DNA of 64,000 bases from Macrostomum hystrix (Eukaryota; Animalia; Platyhelminthes). The stretch spans positions 868,001 through 932,000 of the forward strand of contig CATNEN010000032.1 of NCBI GenBank assembly GCA_950097015.1. Direction: 5' to 3'. The notes beneath the pieces are model-generated. The model worked only from the letters and a program-made list of their open reading frames with translations. It did no database searches and was not told the DNA's origin. This document shows positions 13,801-23,880 of this stretch, one piece after another (the stretch's first letter is position 1; each line of letters opens with the position of its first letter). A program made the position numbers and the translations under genes.

Positions 13801-15061
13801 TGGAATACTGATCAAGTACGGGGTTCGAATCCATCTGTTTGATAATCGATAAGTTCGAATCCATCTGATGGATTATCGATGACTTGCAGGGTTCGAATCC
13901 ATCTGATGGATAATCGATTAGGTGCAGGGTTCGAATCCATCTGATTGGTCATCGATGACTTGCAGGGTTCGAATCCATCTGATTGGTCATCGATGACTTG
14001 CAGGGTTCGAATCCATCTGATGGATAATCGATTAGGTGCAGGGTTCGAATCCATCTGATTGGTCATCGATGACTTGCAGGGTTCGAATCCATCTGATTGG
14101 TCATCGATGACTTGCAGGGTTCGAATCCATCTGATGGATAATCGATGAGGTGCAGGGTTCGAATCCATCTGATGGATTATCGATGAGGTACAGGGTTCGA
14201 ATCCATCTGATGGATATGCGGAGGGAGGTTAGGCGCGGAGGTTAGAATATTTCTAGTGTACTCTGAGTAGACTTTAAGTCAATTGTAATGCATAATCAGC
14301 CAGAATCTGTAGATCGGGAATCAATGATTGATGAGTCCCAAACTCACTTGGAGTCCCAAACGGCTCGGGAGCATCTGGCGGGCTGTCGATGTGCCGCACC
14401 CGCTCTGGCAGAACTTCCATTTCGATTGGCCTAAGATGGTGTGAGGGGTGAAAATGAGAGGAGCAGACAAGGTTTGTGAATTATAATCAGACTGCGCACC
14501 ATTTCGCAGGCTGCAGGGCGGATTCTTGAGCACCGCAAAACAGGGCTCTCGGTTCTTTGAGCTTTGTGACCTGAATTTGATTTCGATCGATAATAAATAC
14601 TCTTTAGCCTATTTTTAACAAATAGAAAAGAAACGGAGAAAAAACTTTGAAGAAAAAATCAACTCGCCACTTTTCCATCGTTAACATTGTAAACCACTTG
14701 ATTGCTTTTTAACTCTTTGTCGCTTTTCTCTGCAAAACGAAATTTATGGTTTTGCAATACTGATCATAATAAGTGGCAGGAATGCTAATAGCCGAAATCA
14801 CCTCTGTCTTTGAGGGCCTCGTTCAGGTAGTCATCGTCGGAGCCGTATTCTTTGTAGTCTGGCGACGAGTCCGATTGCCAGCCTTCCGCATCCTTGACGT
14901 GCTTGTCATTCTTGCCTGGAATTAGATCACATCTTGTGTTAAAAGGCAGGACTTTCACAATACGAGCTGCGATTCATTTCAAGAAAGTAATCAATCGTAC
15001 GGTCACCTGTGTAGTATCCATAATGCTGCAAATGCTTTTTCATGAACGTGTCGTAAGGACT
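1252..15061 (-). CDS. AGBL2: Cytosolic carboxypeptidase 2/3-like (M14D, tubulin deglutamylase), spliced gene
   Basis: Exons: 15007-15061, 14802-14915, 14671(or 14668)-14729, 14500-14570, 14348-14430, 13670-13761, 13450-13583, 12802-12934, 12445-12566, 11046-11457, 10112-10351, 8440-8754, 6399-6770, 5314-~5535, 4980-5255, 4232-~4330, 3259-3504, 1647-2445, 1252-1393. Motifs: PYDTFMKKHLQHYGYY (AGBL2-type N-terminus), WPIEMEV, FESRFESGNL, HTQWFYF, FAHCYPYTY, ARVHPGES, NPDGV, DLNR, DLHGHS, YTMEATFGG. All zinc ligands and the catalytic Glu are present. The start exon and two junctions in the low-complexity tail are unresolved, and AGBL2 versus AGBL3 cannot be separated. Confidence 0.95.
1647..2445 (-). 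CDS. CCP2/3 tail exon with polyQ
   Basis: tttgcag acceptor, AG/gtgaca donor, open frame, phases match neighbours. Confidence 0.8.
3259..3504 (-). CDS. CCP2/3 tail exon
   Basis: tttttcctag acceptor, A/gtaaga donor, phase 1-1. Confidence 0.8.
3598..3860. repeat. Minisatellite, ~30-bp unit CAACCACCTCACTCCCTGCCCTTGTACTGAC
   Basis: ~8 tandem copies in a CCP intron. Confidence 0.9.
4232..4330 (-). CDS. CCP2/3 tail exon (acceptor uncertain)
   Basis: G/gtgcta donor in phase 1; the only phase-compatible acceptors are AAG-type or weak. Confidence 0.5.
4398..4980. repeat. Minisatellite, ~33-bp unit CCCACTCCCTATGAGAGCTGGCGGTCTCACCCAC
   Basis: ~17 copies beginning exactly at the intron donor. Confidence 0.95.
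4980..5255 (-). CDS. CCP2/3 tail exon
   Basis: acaaacag acceptor after a 58-nt intron; G/gtgaga donor. Confidence 0.75.
5314..5535 (-). CDS. CCP2/3 tail exon (5' edge 5533 or 5535)
   Basis: ccacag acceptor, AAAG/gttttt donor, open frame. Confidence 0.65.
6047..6395. repeat. Minisatellite, 12-bp unit CCCTCTGCCCCA / CCCTCTGTCTCA
   Basis: Tandem copies abutting the donor at 6398. Confidence 0.9.
6399..6770 (-). CDS. CCP2/3 exon following the catalytic domain
   Basis: DPSAAK/RDLILKELERRL joins in the manner of CCP2 DPD..K....L.EL; phase 0-0. Confidence 0.85.
6836..7060. repeat. Minisatellite, ~13-bp unit ACTGACAGACATT
   Basis: Visible tandem copies. Confidence 0.9.
7508..8350. repeat. Minisatellite, 15-bp unit ATCCGCCCTTTCATT, degenerating rightwards
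   Basis: Visible tandem copies. Confidence 0.9.
8440..8754 (-). CDS. CCP2/3 catalytic exon (YTMEATFGG)
   Basis: ERVFPAMVGRNAPDKF...EGTGRIVM...YTMEATFGGS. Confidence 0.95.
8893..9990. repeat. Minisatellite, 47-bp unit containing CTGATTGGCT (CCAAT box)
   Basis: ~21 copies, period 47. Confidence 0.95.
10112..10351 (-). CDS. CCP2/3 catalytic exon (NPDGV, DLNR, HGH)
   Basis: [26 protein letters not shown]...CDLHGHSR. Confidence 0.95.
10445..10980. repeat. Minisatellite, 22-bp unit GATCCCACCTTGCATCCTTAGA
   Basis: ~24 copies. Confidence 0.95.
11046..11457 (-). CDS. CCP2/3 catalytic exon (FAHCYPYTY, HPGE)
   Basis: YYSLTW...YFAHCYPYTYSDL...LCRSLAGN...ARVHPGESNASWMMKGFL. Confidence 0.95.
11562..11920. 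repeat. Minisatellite, 23-bp unit GAGTAGGATAACTGTCACCTTTT
   Basis: ~15 copies in two sub-variants. Confidence 0.95.
12445..12566 (-). CDS. CCP2/3 N-domain exon
   Basis: SLYNEGLRPLMYS...GWRR...IKYF. Confidence 0.9.
12802..12934 (-). CDS. CCP2/3 N-domain exon (HTQWFYF)
   Basis: YELWLRTDLYTSKHTQWFYFRVSN...YRFTLVNF; missed by the ORF track. Confidence 0.9.
13126..13332 (+). mobile_element. tRNA-derived SINE, internally deleted copy
   Basis: A-box TGGCAGAGCG, B-box-like GCTCGATTCC, body shared with the copy at 27630. Confidence 0.8.
13450..13583 (-). CDS. CCP2/3 N-domain exon (FESRFESGNL)
   Basis: FIKSRVGG...LMFESRFESGNLRRAYRV. Confidence 0.9.
13670..13761 (-). CDS. CCP2/3 exon
   Basis: cctcag acceptor, TTT/gtaagt donor, phase-consistent. 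Confidence 0.8.
13818..14215. repeat. Minisatellite, 38-bp unit with GGTTCGAATCC (B-box-like)
   Basis: ~11 copies. Confidence 0.95.
14348..14430 (-). CDS. CCP2/3 exon (WPIEMEV)
   Basis: WPIEMEVLPERVRHID.PP..PEPF, conserved in CCP2/3. Confidence 0.85.
14500..14570 (-). CDS. CCP2/3 exon (LKEPRALF)
   Basis: Matches the CCP2/3 LREPR.LF...W motif. Confidence 0.85.
14671..14729 (-). CDS. CCP2/3 small exon
   Basis: tttgcag acceptor; NQVVYNVNDGK; donor is GT at 14670 or GC at 14667. Confidence 0.65.
14802..14915 (-). CDS. CCP2/3 acidic exon
   Basis: ttccag acceptor, G/gtgatt donor, phase 1-1. Confidence 0.75.
15007..15061 (-). CDS. CCP2/3 N-terminal exon
   Basis: SPYDTFMKKHLQHYGYYT resembles AGBL2 PDPYEDFMYRHLQYYGYF; a tentative further exon lies at 15128-15168. 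Confidence 0.85.
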
Positions 15062-16821
15062 CTGAAAATGAAAGTGGAGCATGTTTTAGATTTATTTTAT
15101 TTTAAAACAATGCTCGTAAATCATTACTTCAAGTCTCAGATAACGATTCAATTGAAACACCTCAGCATCTTAACAGACTCTTTATCCCATATTACAAACT
15201 CATTTTATTAAAATTTTCTTCAACTTCTAGTGCTTCATCTATTAACTGAAATATAAATTACATTATATATACATAAATATGATATACAATATATAACGAT
15301 ACGATATATACTATGTATATACGATTAAATATAGAAGGGTAATATATGCATATTATATTTATAGATTATATATATAAAGGCACTAGCTTCTCATCATAAC
15401 AAATTTAAATGCTGTGCAGATGACCGAATTATTATTTTTGTAGCCATTTTCTCCCTATTTTTATAAGCAGATTTCTTCAAAAGTTGAATTTCTTTGAAGT
15501 TTATCTAAAGTCGAGTTTTGAATTGAAGTTCACTCAATTTTAAACGAATTAGTACATGTTTCAATAAGACTTACTTCATTTGAATAGTCATAGAAGCGTG
15601 TTCCACTATGAGAGTCAAATTGCCTGTTGGGGGCAAACATTTTTGCTTTTCACTCACGTTGTTCTTATTTATTTAAGCGATCCTAAAAAAAGTATTAATA
15701 ACAATCGGTGGCTAGTATATATGTTATAATATCGAATCTCAGAACCAAAACTGATTTACGTGACGCACACTTAGTAAATAGAAAACTCTAAGAAAATTTT
15801 AAATGGAACAACTTATTTAATGTTCAAGTCAGGCTATTTACATAGAAGCTTTCCGTTCTCTCAACTGTAAAAGATTAAAAATGAGCAGCATTTTATATTT
15901 CCGTTTTTCTGTCTAGCTGCTATTTTATTGCGATTCTAAAATGGAAGTTCTTTTCTCTTATTTTACTGAAAAAACCTAAAAAATCTTTAGGCCCTTAAGC
16001 AACACTAAATTGACAGTCACTGTAATTTGTTTAATTCACAGTGCAGTGTGCGTATTTTATAACCGGAATTTTGTACGCTAAAATCATTGGTTCCGTCAAT
16101 TTTTCGCGCTTTCTTGACTATACATATATTTTCTGTTATTCATATTAGGGATACTTCTAAATTTCTTTTATTCTCTTCTATATATATTATTCCATAAATT
16201 GGTTCAAACTTACGGAGAGAGCAAAGACTACTTAAGTACGAATTTGTTTAGTATATATTAATATTTACATTGGAGGCTTGAATTGGAGAGACAGGAGTAG
16301 AGGATCGGGGAAATTCCACGAGAAAAAATTAATTACTAAATACAGTTGAATCAAACATTTTCGATAATTTTTTTTATTTAAGCTTTGTTTCCTGTTTCTA
16401 GTAACTAAAGCAAGATTCAGTGGCTTACGGTAGCAATGAAGATGGCTGGAATTAAAATATAGAATCAGCATCCTGATTGCAGGAAACGCAATGCTATAGA
16501 TATACATACATTTGGTCTCTCAATGTCGATAAACCTACGGCCACCTGGGCCTCTGGGATTGTCTATGGGATTCTGCAGCAGCAAAAATTCTGCACACGTT
16601 AAAGAAGAAAGTCCATCAACATAATTAGTAAGCTGGCAGCATTCTGGTTAATTAAAAGTCATTATAAAAGTGAATTTTGACAGACGCAACTGTTGAAACA
16701 CATAGTCTGCAGTTTGCGGCACAAATGAGAAAGAATATTTTTTGTTTCTGCGGCTGAAAAAGAAGAAGAAAGAATACAAGATAGGGCAAGCTATAAGCGT
16801 TTCTGCCCTAGCATTAGTGAC

Positions 16822-16835
16822 ATTACCATAACAAC
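16822..16835. promoter_or_regulatory. Candidate RFX X-box
   Basis: ATTACCATAACAAC fits the 14-nt X-box consensus RTHNYYWTRRNRAC and lies in the divergent interval upstream of the cilia-associated CCP gene. Confidence 0.5.
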
Positions 16836-19707
16836 CGACCCGAGTGTGCACGCACAAACACATCAGCATCGCACAGGTGGCAATCCCGCGCCCCTCCTTC
16901 CCCCTGTCTTCCTCGCGTCCTCACTCTGCAAGTCGCCTCAGACTAACTCTGTCTGTCTCTCTCCATCCCTTTCCGCCCAGTTTCGCAGCGCCCGTTCTTC
17001 CTCCGGGGTGGCGGGGGCGGCCTGATGAGGCAGTGGGTTAGCGGGCCGGGGGCTGAAAAATATGTAGCGAACGCGAGATGAGCACACACAGCGACGGGGA
17101 GAAGGTGGGCTGCGCCTTAGACAAAAGGCACGCACGTGGACCACGAGCCGAAGGAAGCGAAAAACAGAGCTGCCTCCTCTCGCCCCCCCCCACCAGCGAC
17201 TCCCGCACTAAAAAGGTCGAAAGGTATAGCGAACTAAGCCATTCCCAACAGAGGGAGAAATGCCTTTTCTTGACTGCTCCCGCTGGGCATATAGCTGGGG
17301 TGGGGGGTTGGGCCTGAGCACGAAATCCCTGCACTGGCCCATCTGCACACATCCCAAGAGTCTCGGTGCGTGCCACGCCCCGACCCGAGCGACGGAGAGT
17401 CAAGCCAGCTCTCTGTCCGTCCCCTACTCGCGTGTGCCCAGGACCGGCAGAGAATTCCGCCGAATTCCACCGAAAGCCTGTAGGGGGATTTTAATGGGTG
17501 TATGTTTTAAGAGTTTGAGAATGACCAGCAGATGGTTGCAAGGAAGGAGCACCTGAAAATTTACTAAATTGTCTTTTTTCCTCTCATCAGTCTTTCATCG
17601 TGTTACCGGCGTTCCTTTTTCCGCATACTACAAGGGGTTGTAGCCTAGTGGTTAGAGCGTCTGACATGGATCTATCTATCTATCAGGTGCAGTCAGGGTG
17701 CCAGTCAATCACACTGCAGCACGCATGGGTGCGGCCGGCCGTGTGGCACTGAAGGATTTCATCCCGGGCCTTCCAGCTCTTCTATTGTTCTCCGTCTCTC
17801 TCTCGCTCTCTTGTTCCGAAGGCCTCTATTCTCCCAACTGCTGCTGCTGCTACTGCTTCAAATTGTGTGGAGGATGGGCAGGCTGAGTTGAAAAGAGTGG
17901 ATGGTGGCTGCTGCTGTTGGTCTGGGCGGGGGTTGTTTGGCGTGATGGATTTGTGCACTGGGTTGGTGCAGGCAAGTCTGTGCTAGACCCTGTTAAACTG
18001 TTGCTGCTGCTGCTGCTGCTGTTTCTATTGCTGCTTCTGCAGCTGCTACTTGTTGGCTCAAGCACAAATGCAGGCACGCATGAGTACAGACCTGCAGCCC
18101 TACTGGGCGATGCGAAGGGTAGCAGAAAGGAGATTGGCAACGAGAGGAGAGACAGGCCAGCTGGGGGGCCGGGCAAGATGGCTGGGGTGGTGGGTCCGGG
18201 TGAAACAGGTTGCTGTGAAGGCAATGGGAATATTACTGTTTGAGTTGTGCTGCCACCAACTCCGGGGCCGCGACGGCTGATGCAGGAGGGGAGGATGGCG
18301 TTGGGAGAAAAGAACTATCGTGGCCTTGGGAGAAAATCCCCTCTCATGATGTTTCTGTCTCTCTGAGCCTCCCAGAAGACAATGGGTGGCTGCCGTGTGC
18401 CTGTGCTCGCCGTCACACCGTAAAACTATGTTGCAGCCGCAGCCGCTTCTTTCATTTTGTCCTTCATCCTCACCTATTCACAGTCCCAGTGCGGCACTGC
18501 AGTGCGGGGATGTTGCTTGTGATGCGGTGTTAGGGATAAGGGAGACAGACAGTTTTTGTGTGCTGTGCTGCTTGGCCACAATGCTCTGTGTTTCTGGCCG
18601 TCCTCAATGCTCAAAATGGAATGGGTTTTGGGCGCACACACACTGCTTCCTCATTCTCTCTCTCGCTCTCTCCTACAGTCTCCAGCAGACTACAGTCCCG
18701 CACGGTCACGACCGCAGCCCATTGTCTCCGACTCTCGCGCCAAACAGCCTGCCGAGTGTTGCTTGCCCGCGCAGTAATTTTACAATTTGCAATACAATTT
18801 TAGCATCGAGTGGTTGGGTACCGCCCTGGTACTGTCAATACAGGTGAGTCTAGCATCAGGCTAGATGTCTCCGAACATCGGTGGTAACAAGTTCCGGAGC
18901 GTAGGATGGTTTGGGAGATTCGCTTCGCTGACTCACCTGTGCTAGCTTTGTTCTCGCATGGCTCCCATCCGGGCCCACCAAAACGAGAGCACGTGCCCCG
19001 ACAGCATTAAATTTTCGCAAAGGATTTCTCCCTCTCTCACCCTCTCCCTCGGGTTTTCATTTGGGAAAAAAAGTCGTCGAGCTTGGCTCCTCGCAGTTTG
19101 AGTTTTCTGCTGAGCACACACGCGCACACATCCCTCTTACCCGTTTTTCTCCTCATCTGTGCGCCAGCTACCCCCCCTCCACACCCCGAACACCGAGGGT
19201 CACGAGTGCGTGCGTGAGCGCCCGGGCTAGGGAAAGACTGAAGACTGGCACACGGCATGCCCTGCACGCACACACAGTCTCTCTACACACACTTTTTTCC
19301 AATCCAAAGCCTTTCAAACTCTCTCTCACCCTCTCTCTCTGTCTTTATATTTTTCGCAAGCATTTCCCCTTCCTGAATGCGCCTTTGTTCTTATTCCTCA
19401 TCCCCCCCGGCGCAGCCACCCCACTTCCCAGCCTCCGCGCACACACAGGCGGCGCAGGGCCTGGTTTTAATGCCACGCGCACACACGCAGGCCTGACTGT
19501 GCTCCAGCATCCAATCCGTCCCGGCCTTGCTCTAATTTTCTGCCTGTCTGTCTCTCTCCCAGCACTGAGGGCACAAAAAGCAGCTACCAGCTACCGGCTG
19601 TTGCAGGTGAGTGACGAAGCAACAGAAGCAGGCTTTCCGCTCAGCCCAAAAAAAGAAGACGAAGGATTATCTGAGAGATGTGCAGCAGTGCCAAGCCACT
19701 AGACGCA

Positions 19708-20690
19708 ATGTCGCAGGTGCTGCAGGCGGCAGTCAGCCGGCTGTGCACCGAGCACTTCCAATTTGAGCGCTCGCTGAGCATCATCGGCGTTGTTTGCGTC
19801 AACATCGACGGCGCCGGTTCCGATGTGATGATTAAGTTCAATGACAATGTCAACAAGGCCGACTTGGAGCCAGGCGCGGGCAAGATTGTGCTCAGCAGCC
19901 AGCTGCTTTCGGCTCTGAGAGGCTTGGACAAAACCGGCCAGCAGCAGCAGCAGCAGCTTCACAACAGGTGAGTCCCATTTATTTACAGCAGTTTACTTTC
20001 CAGATTTTGTCTGTTAAAATCTTCTTCTGAAAGACTTATTTGAGATGATCATCCGTCCAGCCGCAGATCGCCAATCGTCAGGTGCGGGCAGGTGAATCAG
20101 GATCAGCCGAGAGCTCAGCAGCTGAAGCTGGCCAATCCGGTGCCGCCTGCCAGCGCCAGCGGCGGCAGCAGCAAGCGGAAGCGCAAGCGGCCGAACCCGC
20201 ACCGGTGCAAGCCGAGCGCGGATCTTGGTGAATCTGTTGACACGAGCCACACACCGGAGCAGAGACCAATGTCCTCGGGTATTGAAGAGCCTGACGATGA
20301 CGAACCGGATGGCGGAAGGCCGGAGGGCTTTCAGACACAGCCAGAAGCCGATGAGCCGTCAATGAGCGAAGTCGATGTTGAGCGGCTTGAAGATGAGGAA
20401 GAAGACAGGGAGTTTGAGGCCGAGGACGTCGAAGACGACGAAGTTGATGATGAGGAAAAATGCTTCGGCAACGACTATGAGGCCATGAGGCCAGGGACTG
20501 AGCTGAAGCTGCACTTCCAGTTGCCAACTTCGGTTCCGCATTCGCAGTCTCTGGCCATGCCGCCGCAGCAGCAGCCGCAGCTGACTCGCCTGGTGATGCC
20601 TGGTCAGCTGGGCCTGGCCACCATTCTCCAGAGCCAGTTCATCTCAACGCCGCTAACAATTTTGGCGGCGCCGAGTTTGACTTGCCGACC

Positions 20691-20727
<37 letters not shown>

Positions 20728-21195
20728 GTGCAGATGCAGCTAGAGCAGCCCCAAACGGCCATTGTCTGCACCGCGGCTCCTCCAACGCTTTCAACAGCGA
20801 CAGCCTGCGTAGACAGCAAGGAGTTGCAGGCAGAGCTGCTGGTGCAACGGTCCAAGCCTGCTAAGCCAGCTCCACAGGAGGCCGTTCCGGCGACGACCGG
20901 CGCCCCCAACGGCGGCAGCGCGAAGGTGTTCAAGTGCTCATACTGCGGCAAGGCTTTCAACCGGAAGTTCTGCCTGGAACGGCACGAGCGGCTGCACACG
21001 GGCGTCAAACCGTACGAGTGCCAGCTGTGCGGGGAGCGCTACATCCGCCTGGAGGACAAGAAGCGGCACATGCGCAGCGCGCACCCGAACGACTTCATGA
21101 ACTACGTGGACGAGCAGCCGGGCGAGAAGGTGGCGGCGGCAGCTGACGACGATGACGATTTGTCTGCGGCCAAGACTCTGGCCCTGGCCGTGTAG
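19708..21195 (+). CDS. C2H2 zinc-finger protein (two fingers), ~464 aa, 2 exons
   Basis: Exon 19708-19967 (AG/gtgagt) plus 20061 (or 20067)-21195. C-terminal CSYC..H..LH-TGVKPY-CQLC..H..AH, with acidic and polyQ regions in the middle. Confidence 0.85.
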
Positions 21196-21732
21196 GCCGT
21201 GATGAGTGCGCGAAAATACCAGTCGATTATCTGCTAATTTCTACTAAGAGTAGTATTTGGAGAACAACTGTGTGTAAGATATTTCAGAAGCTAGTCTTTT
21301 AAACCAAACGAAAAACGAGCTGCGTTCAAAAAACATTTACAAGGACAGATTCTTTTCAAAGTCGTCATGTCAAAATGAAATTTAATTTCCTTTTGTCAAT
21401 AGGAAACGATATATTTAATTGTAAGTTTTGTTGTAGTCCATTCATCGCTTACCTTGTCTTTGCAAGTCTCCCGTTCCAGCTCTCATTCCGTCCTTTCCTA
21501 TTATCTGAAAAATTATTGCAAAAACTTGTGTCGGCTGCATTTGGGTGATGTTTTTATTTGATGTGAATCTGACCATGCGCTGTTTTTCCGATTTTTTTAA
21601 TTTTATTTGTCATTTCCGTCCCGTGTCAGCTCTCTACGATTTTTTCACCTTTAGTCGCAAATTGTATCTCGTCTAACCGTCTAAGCGTTCCGTCTAACCG
21701 CGTTCCTGACTCGACGAGTTCCCAATAATAAG

Positions 21733-22500
21733 AATTCCCGATTCTAAGAATTCCCGATTCTAAGAATTCACGATTCTAAGAATTCCCGATTCTAAGAATT
21801 CCCGATTCTAAGAATTCCCGATTCTAAGAATTCCCGATTCTAAGAATTCCCGATTCTAAGAATTCCCGATTCTAAGAATTCCCGATTCTAAGAATTCCCT
21901 ATTCTAAGAATTCACGATTCTAAGAATTCCCGATTCTAAGAATTCACGATTCTAAGAATTCCCGATTCTAAGAATTCCCGATTCTAAGAATTCCTGATTC
22001 TAAGAATTCCCGATTCTAAGAATTCCCGATTCTAAGAATTCCCGATTCTAAGAATTCCCGATTCTAAGAATTCACGATTCTAAGAATTCCCGATTCTAAG
22101 AATTCCCGATTCTAAGAATTCACGATTCTAAGAATTCCCGATTCTAAGAATTCACGATTCTAAGAATTCACGATTCTAAGAATTCCCGATTCTAAGAATT
22201 CCCGATTCTAAGAATTCCCGATTCTAAGAATTCACGATTCTAAGAATTCCCGATTCTAAGAATTCCCGATTCTAAGAATTCACGATTCTAAGAATTCCCG
22301 ATTCTAAGAATTCACGATTCTAAGAATTCCCGATTCTAAGAATTCCCGATTCTAAGAATTCCCGATTCTAAGAATTCACGATTCTAAGAATTCACGATTC
22401 TAAGAATTCACGATTCTAAGAATTCCAGATTCTAAGAAATTTTAAACTCCTATAATTCCCAATTCTAAGAAATCCAGTTTAAAGAATTCACAATTCTAAG
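21733..22500. repeat. Minisatellite, 16-bp unit ATTCTAAGAATTCCCG
   Basis: ~44 copies between the convergent ZF and kinesin 3' ends. Confidence 0.95.
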
Positions 22501-23076
22501 AAACTCCCAATTCCTAATTCTTTGAATTCCCTATTAGATGATGTAACGACAATACTTTTGCTGTTGTTTCTGCTGCTAGTCTGTCAGTTAACAAATATCT
22601 GTCCGATTTTGTGAACCCTGTTGTTTTCCGCCCCACATGGCTACTGTTGAAGGCACACCATGCAATGCTAAATTATCTACACCGAGGCGCAAAGAATTTG
22701 AACAGTTTTATCGATTTGCACCTGTCTATCAAATATATAGCTCGACTTGTTTTTCGTCTGCTATCTGTAATAAGCTTCTTGTCTCCCACATTTGAAATGG
22801 AATGAAAAAGAACAAAAGGCACGAAAAGGAACAAAGGCATGGAAACTAAAATTCAGTGGTTACAAGTTAATTTACATAGTAAATCTCTGTGATAGCATAG
22901 GTAATCATGCTGCAATTGAGTGTGTGCGTGAGAATGTGTTGTGCGCGTTGAGCATAGGTGAGCATACACAGAATCTGTCAGTTCTTAGAGGTAATCAACT
23001 TGTGTCGATAGTGTCACCTTGACAACGGTGATAGCAAATCACAGCCAGGGACAGGCGGTTTTCAATCGGATTCACT

Positions 23077-23249
23077 CTAGAAGGACAGCACCTTGCGGCC
23101 CTCGTTGCGACGAATGTCGCTCTGCAGCGCGTTCAACCGCTGGTGCTGCTGAATGGCGCCGTCCAGCTGGCGGAGCTCGCCCCGGAGGCTGGCGTTGAGG
23201 CGTGCCAGCTCTTGCACTGCGGCGTTGGCGAGGGCGTTATGTACTTTTG
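23077..23249 (-). CDS. KIF12-like last exon
   Basis: caattag acceptor; coiled coil [13 protein letters not shown]; TAG stop. Confidence 0.8.
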
Positions 23250-23797
23250 CTAATTGAGTTATCCACTTACACCTGGCGCCAAGAGTCTAACCTAGAACTT
23301 GCATGGCAACACAACTCATCGCCTCACCAGTTCTGGAAGTGGCGCCCTCCGCCTGGCCTCGCTGCCGGTCCCGCCCAGCTGCGGCCTGGAATTTATCCCT
23401 GTAGGTGCGCTCGCCAGGCTGCGGCACGTACACAGGGGCCTCCGGGTACAACAGGCGGGGCGACGGGTGCCGAGGCTGCGGCTGCGGCGCCGGCAGCAGA
23501 GCCGGCGGAGGGGGCGGCATGGGGATTGGCTGGGGCTGCCAGTCGGTGTCAAGAAGGTGAGACACCCGCGGCAGTGGCAGCGACGGCGGCGTGGGCGCAA
23601 ACTCGAATGGCGGCTGCAGCCTCCGCAACGGCTGTTCCGCCGTCAGACTGTCAGCTGGTGGCAGCGACCATCGAGGCGAGCGCGGCGGCAGCCGGGCCGA
23701 AGCTCGAGCCTCCGCGGCCTGCCGTATGGCTTCGATGGGCGGCAGCGCCGGAGTCTCCGGGTTCGACACCACGTAGAGAGGCGAGCGGCTTTGCTGC

Positions 23798-23880
<83 letters not shown>

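Noticed and set aside
17635-17670. tRNA-like 5' fragment GGGGTTGTAGCCTAGTGGTTAGAGCGTCTGAC
   Set aside because: Only an A-box and D-arm half followed by (TCTA)n; too short to call a gene or element.
17038-19700. Many overlapping 60-213-aa ORFs
   Set aside because: Low-complexity CT/GA/CTG-rich promoter and 5' UTR sequence of the ZF gene, with no coherent coding signal.
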